Assembly (NCBI GenBank): GCA_951406725.2
Contig: OX597829.1
Location: 3,658,001-3,722,000, forward strand
DNA length: 64,000 nucleotides
From: Octopus vulgaris
Taxonomy: Eukaryota
Direction of reading: 5' to 3'
A program made the position numbers and the translations under genes. A model generated the notes under the pieces. It was not told the origin of the DNA. It saw nothing but the letters and a program-made list of their open reading frames with translations, and made no database searches. Of this stretch, positions 62,134 through 64,000 are shown one piece after another; within the stretch, counting starts at the first letter, position 1, and each line of letters starts with the position of its first letter.

Positions 62134-64000
62134 AAAATAGGATAAAATCTTCATAAGAATTTATTTAGTAGGTAGCGTGAAAAACCTCGTAAGAGAAAAA
62201 ACCATTAATTTTTTTCTTTTAAATTTATATACTTATATTAAATAGAGGGCACTATTACACATAGATGCACGCTTAGGAGGGACTCTTAAAGTCAAAACTT
62301 TATTTTAGTAGTTTTGACTTTAAGAGTCCCTCCTAGCATGAGGCATCTATGTGTAATAGTGCCCTCTATTTAATATATATATATATATAAAATAAAACGT
62401 GTGTATGTGTGCTTATGTTCATATTTTTCTCTTGTGCTCAATGGTTTGTAAACAATGACTTTCTGTCAGTATTATTGCTAAGACAGCTGGTTTTCTTGAC
62501 ATCTCTTGGCCTGTGCAATCTTTGTAAACAAAAGGCTCCTTAAATAGGGTGATTTGTTTCCAGTTCTCCTTGTAATGCATATCTAGGTTGACTTTTGCTC
62601 AGTGGACTAGGAGGGTATTTCTTTTTTTAGAGACAAGTGTAGGTTAGCAAGAGTAAGTACATCTGGATCTTTTCGGTTTGAACAGCAGTTTTTTAAAATA
62701 ATTTCCACGTCATTAAACACTTTTAAACTTGGTATACTGGTAGAATGTGTTTATAAAACATCGTTTTCTCTTGGCTTTATTGAGAAAATTTTATAGTTTG
62801 TAAGATATTTGTTGTTTTTTTTCTTCAATTTCTGCAATTTCAACCAATCAGTCTGTTGAGGTAAAAAAACATTCTGTGCCGTATGAATATATCCCTCGTT
62901 TTAGAAACAGATTGGGTTTATTTACATTTGTGAAGAAAAAAGATACCAATCCCCCCACCCCTAACCCTAAAAGAGATTGAAATGCAATAGATCGATACTA
63001 GGGTCATAATTATGGGTGACAATTTCATATGACACCGCTAGAAAAAACTGCCGTTCAAACCGAAAAGATCCGGACATCTTGCCATGAGAATAACTCCCAA
63101 AGTACTCTCTTCAGACCCATACTAGCATCAAAAAGTTGTTAAAATGTTGGTGATAAGGTAATTACAGACTTTCTTTTCTGGTTTTCTCTTTTTTTAGGTT
63201 GCTTATGAAGACTTCAGATTGCACATGTCAAAAATGTACCAACAGTACGAACGCCAGAGAGTTGAAAACATAGTCGACCCACATGAACGAAAACAACATC
63301 CAATTAGCACCATCTCTGGCATTTCAGATGCTGCAGAGAATTATCAGTCTGTGCCACAGTGTTCAGTGAAAATATCTGAAATTTCTGCAAAACCCGACCA
63401 AGAGCCTACGAAATCTTTGGAATCTGAACAGAAAACGAAAAGCGGTAAATTTCCTGATAAACGAAGGGAAAGCGTTGAGAAAGGTGAAGCTGAGTTGGAT
63501 GTATCGGAAAAATGCGACAAAGATAAAGAGACAAACAATGCTGAAATAACAGAAAATCAGACAGAATCTCCTGTGAAGGAAATCATCGAGGGTGTTGATT
63601 CTGGGGAGAAAAAACACCAAGAAAATGAACACACGAAAGATGTAGATGAACCAAAATATGAAGACTATAAAAGTAATCAGCTGGAGAAAGAGGTTGATGA
63701 ATCGAAAAAATACGAGGAATTTAAAAGCATCAAGGAAATAATCAATACAGTGAAAAATGATGTTTATCTGGAATCGGACGATAATAAAAATGATGGCAGA
63801 GACCAGCAATTGGCTGGAGATTCTGGTAAAGAGAAAGCAGAAGATGATGGTATTGAAACTGAAAAAGACAAAGAGGAAAGTGATGGGCAAGAATTAAAAG
63901 ATAAGAAAGATGATGCTGATGGTGATGGTGATGATGTTAATGTAAAAGGAGAGAAAGGAAGTGAAAAGAAAAGTGAACTGGGTGATGGTGTAAAGGAAGT
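26082..64000 (+). CDS. NBEA: Neurobeachin/LRBA-family (BEACH protein, rugose-like) gene, partial: 23 spliced coding exons covering the N-terminal ConA/laminin-G-like and ARM-like (DUF4704) regions; 5' exon(s) and 3' part lie outside the window
   Basis: Hand splicing gives a continuous frame ([15 protein letters not shown]...[14 protein letters not shown]...[15 protein letters not shown]...[13 protein letters not shown]...[12 protein letters not shown]...[13 protein letters not shown]...SVWQEWLFS...[16 protein letters not shown]) that matches the recognisable neurobeachin/LRBA N-terminal half. All junctions are GT-AG and phase-compatible. NBEA vs LRBA naming is by family, since invertebrates have a single orthologue. 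Confidence 0.95.
26896..27130 (+). mobile_element. SINE family B copy (gagttcaaattcc B-box; ctttcatcctttcggggtcgataaattaagtacc core)
   Basis: TSD aggtataagg at 26890-26899 and 27128-27137; many older copies at about 15500-16130, 23240, 32290, 38750 and 48770. Confidence 0.8.
28006..28132 (+). CDS. NBEA: NBEA exon (127 nt) [42 protein letters not shown]
   Basis: ttttcag acceptor, gtttgt donor, phase 0/1. Confidence 0.93.
28286..28700 (+). mobile_element. tRNA-derived SINE family A, full length
   Basis: A/B boxes, (aaaagagt)n tail, high similarity to 9451-9860. Confidence 0.82.
28707..29089 (+). mobile_element. Non-autonomous Helitron (383 bp)
   Basis: A|TCTCTCTCTATATAAACGGCAG ... CCTGAGCAACGCCGGGCGATACTGCTAG|T; no TSD; second copy at 17242-17669. 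Confidence 0.75.
30423..30765 (+). mobile_element. tRNA-derived SINE family A, full length
   Basis: Same family; (aaaagaat)n tail. Confidence 0.8.
30870..31570 (-). mobile_element. RTE-clade LINE 3' fragment (same family)
   Basis: [40 protein letters not shown]. Confidence 0.78.
32132..32232 (+). CDS. NBEA: NBEA exon (101 nt) [34 protein letters not shown]
   Basis: tttgcag / gtaagt, phase 1/0. Confidence 0.94.
32990..33085 (+). CDS. NBEA: NBEA exon (96 nt) [32 protein letters not shown]
   Basis: tttatag / gtaagt, phase 0/0. Confidence 0.94.
34298..34419 (+). CDS. NBEA: NBEA exon (122 nt) [40 protein letters not shown]
   Basis: cttgcag / gtaagt, phase 0/2. Confidence 0.95.
35225..35670 (+). 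repeat. About 61-bp tandem array plus conserved tail ending in (GAT)n (RTE 3' UTR-derived repeat)
   Basis: gtggcacataaaaacaccatccgagcgtggccgtttgccagcctcgtctggcacctgtgtcg x4, then aggaagggcatccagctgtagaaac...ggacgttaaatgatgatg; similar at 54480-54866 and 35700-36035. Confidence 0.85.
36107..36233 (+). CDS. NBEA: NBEA exon (127 nt) [42 protein letters not shown]
   Basis: ttttcag / gtaaag, phase 2/0. Confidence 0.95.
37159..37278 (+). CDS. NBEA: NBEA exon (120 nt) [40 protein letters not shown]
   Basis: ttttcag / gtaagt, phase 0/0. Confidence 0.95.
38222..38450 (-). mobile_element. SINE family B copy, young
   Basis: 15-bp perfect TSD ctgggtgtacatcct at 38207-38221 and 38451-38465. Confidence 0.85.
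39115..39261 (+). CDS. NBEA: NBEA exon (147 nt) [49 protein letters not shown]
   Basis: tttccag / gtatgc, phase 0/0. Confidence 0.95.
40374..40430 (+). CDS. NBEA: NBEA exon (57 nt) [19 protein letters not shown]
   Basis: ttttcag / gtaagt, phase 0/0; fills the gap between GYK and LYEG. Confidence 0.88.
41200..42012 (+). repeat. About 800-bp interrupted (TAT)n microsatellite
   Basis: Directly visible; variant patterns recur, indicating internal block duplication. Confidence 0.95.
42309..42449 (+). CDS. NBEA: NBEA exon (141 nt) [47 protein letters not shown]
   Basis: attacag / gtaaga, phase 0/0. Confidence 0.95.
44553..44615 (+). CDS. NBEA: NBEA exon (63 nt) [21 protein letters not shown]
   Basis: ttcatag / gtaaga, phase 0/0. 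Confidence 0.92.
44717..45948 (+). mobile_element. Decayed Tc1/mariner (maT-like) transposon
   Basis: [21 protein letters not shown]...VFGCISSEG...[16 protein letters not shown]...WPLQSPDCNPMD; terminal ttcagggtgtt / aacaccctgaa inverted repeats. Confidence 0.82.
46400..46482 (+). CDS. NBEA: NBEA exon (83 nt) [27 protein letters not shown]
   Basis: tttgcag / gtaagg, phase 0/2. Confidence 0.93.
47165..47273 (+). CDS. NBEA: NBEA exon (109 nt) [36 protein letters not shown]
   Basis: tttccag / gtatta, phase 2/0. Confidence 0.93.
47996..48148 (+). CDS. NBEA: NBEA exon (153 nt) [51 protein letters not shown]
   Basis: tttacag / gtaaga, phase 0/0. Confidence 0.94.
48548..48765 (+). repeat. (CAT)n-rich microsatellite
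   Basis: Directly visible. Confidence 0.9.
48964..49308 (+). mobile_element. tRNA-derived SINE family D
   Basis: A box tggctcagtgg, B-box-like gagttcagttcc; 13-bp TSD tgtgttaaacttg at 48951-48963 and 49309-49321. Confidence 0.8.
49384..49552 (+). CDS. NBEA: NBEA exon (169 nt) [56 protein letters not shown]
   Basis: tgcacag / gtaaga, phase 0/1. Confidence 0.95.
49700..51050 (-). mobile_element. Internally deleted RTE-clade LINE (APE endonuclease N-terminus joined to RT C-terminal region)
   Basis: [37 protein letters not shown] (APE), then [35 protein letters not shown] and [24 protein letters not shown]; (GAT)n tail. Confidence 0.85.
51644..51786 (+). CDS. NBEA: NBEA exon (143 nt) [48 protein letters not shown]
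   Basis: atttcag / gtgggt, phase 1/0. Confidence 0.94.
52480..52760 (-). mobile_element. LINE (RTE-like) 3' fragment; related piece at about 17940-18075 (+)
   Basis: [25 protein letters not shown]...LLLWKP..RG..LSYPD...[12 protein letters not shown]. Confidence 0.7.
53920..54017 (+). CDS. NBEA: NBEA exon (98 nt) [32 protein letters not shown]
   Basis: cactcag / gtaaga, phase 0/2. Confidence 0.94.
55517..55609 (+). CDS. NBEA: NBEA exon (93 nt) [30 protein letters not shown]
   Basis: atttcag / gtaagt, phase 2/2. Confidence 0.94.
56842..56950 (+). CDS. NBEA: NBEA exon (109 nt) [36 protein letters not shown]
   Basis: gtttcag / gtaagt, phase 2/0. Confidence 0.94.
57110..57371 (-). mobile_element. 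CR1/L2-type reverse transcriptase fragment
   Basis: [14 protein letters not shown]...[24 protein letters not shown]...LYNWLKSFI. Confidence 0.85.
57738..57819 (+). CDS. NBEA: NBEA exon (82 nt) [27 protein letters not shown]
   Basis: gtttcag / gtaaga, phase 0/1. Confidence 0.92.
58574..58697 (+). CDS. NBEA: NBEA exon (124 nt) [41 protein letters not shown]
   Basis: cttgcag / gtttgt, phase 1/2. Confidence 0.93.
59202..59415. repeat. Inverted repeat, ~80-bp arms, just upstream of the hammerhead motif
   Basis: aggtaaatcacaagaaaacaaatatgtgaattaatgtagacttac / gtaagtctacattaattcacatatttgttttcttgtgatttacct. Confidence 0.9.
59549..59583 (+). ncRNA. Minimal type I hammerhead ribozyme motif (Penelope pLTR-like context)
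   Basis: gttt-CTGATGA-a-gagc(tct)gctc-GAAAC-GTT-aaac: canonical core, helix I gttt/aaac, helix II gagc/gctc, palindromic loopless helix III. Confidence 0.75.
60821..61013 (+). CDS. NBEA: NBEA exon (193 nt) [64 protein letters not shown]
   Basis: tttacag / gtagga, phase 2/0. Confidence 0.95.
61415..61633. mobile_element. piggyBac-type MITE (other copies about 47612-47833 and 42781-42999)
   Basis: TTAA|CCCTTTAGCATTCA ... TGAATGCTAAAGGG|TTAA. Confidence 0.85.
62234..62377. repeat. Inverted repeat, ~65-bp arms
   Basis: aaatagagggcactattacacatagatgc..aggagggactcttaaagtcaaaact / agttttgactttaagagtccctcct..gcatctatgtgtaatagtgccctctattt. Confidence 0.9.
62665..63071. mobile_element. MITE with 30-bp TIRs and 8-bp TSD (Merlin-like termini)
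   Basis: GGATCTTTTCGGTTTGAAC(A/G)GCAGTTTTTT TIR with 1 mismatch; flanks gtacatct / ggacatct. Confidence 0.8.
63198..64000 (+). CDS. NBEA: NBEA large exon (open to window end): [28 protein letters not shown] followed by an E/D/K-rich low-complexity linker
   Basis: tttttag acceptor, phase 0, no stop seen in frame to 64000; sits at the position of the poorly conserved acidic linker that follows HSKV in this family. Confidence 0.9.

Noticed and set aside
62950-62972. ccctaaccctaa telomere-like motif
   Set aside because: Only two units, internal to a MITE
63363-63890. 175-aa hydrophobic ORF on minus strand
   Set aside because: Antisense shadow of the purine-rich NBEA exon

Overview
AT-rich, microsatellite-dense animal genomic DNA. 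The SINE/RTE repeat landscape suggests an octopus or other coleoid cephalopod (inference). The whole window appears to lie inside one plus-strand gene of the neurobeachin/LRBA (NBEA/rugose, BEACH-family) group. I traced 23 coding exons by hand from 26082 to the window end. All have GT-AG boundaries and consistent phases, giving 854 codons plus a large acidic exon that runs off the right edge. No upstream exon is visible, so 1-26081 is probably one long intron. The introns contain tRNA-derived SINEs, RTE/CR1/RLE-type LINE fragments, two decayed Tc1/mariner transposases, non-autonomous Helitrons, piggyBac-like and Merlin-like MITEs, and simple repeats. The most unusual signal is a set of short (TA)n-associated, Penelope-pseudo-LTR-like elements that carry minimal type I hammerhead ribozyme motifs (59549, 15002 and 5613 on +; 4604 and 5851 on -). 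Several long inverted-repeat hairpins of similar context occur alongside them. Almost all ORFs in the supplied track are microsatellite or repeat noise.
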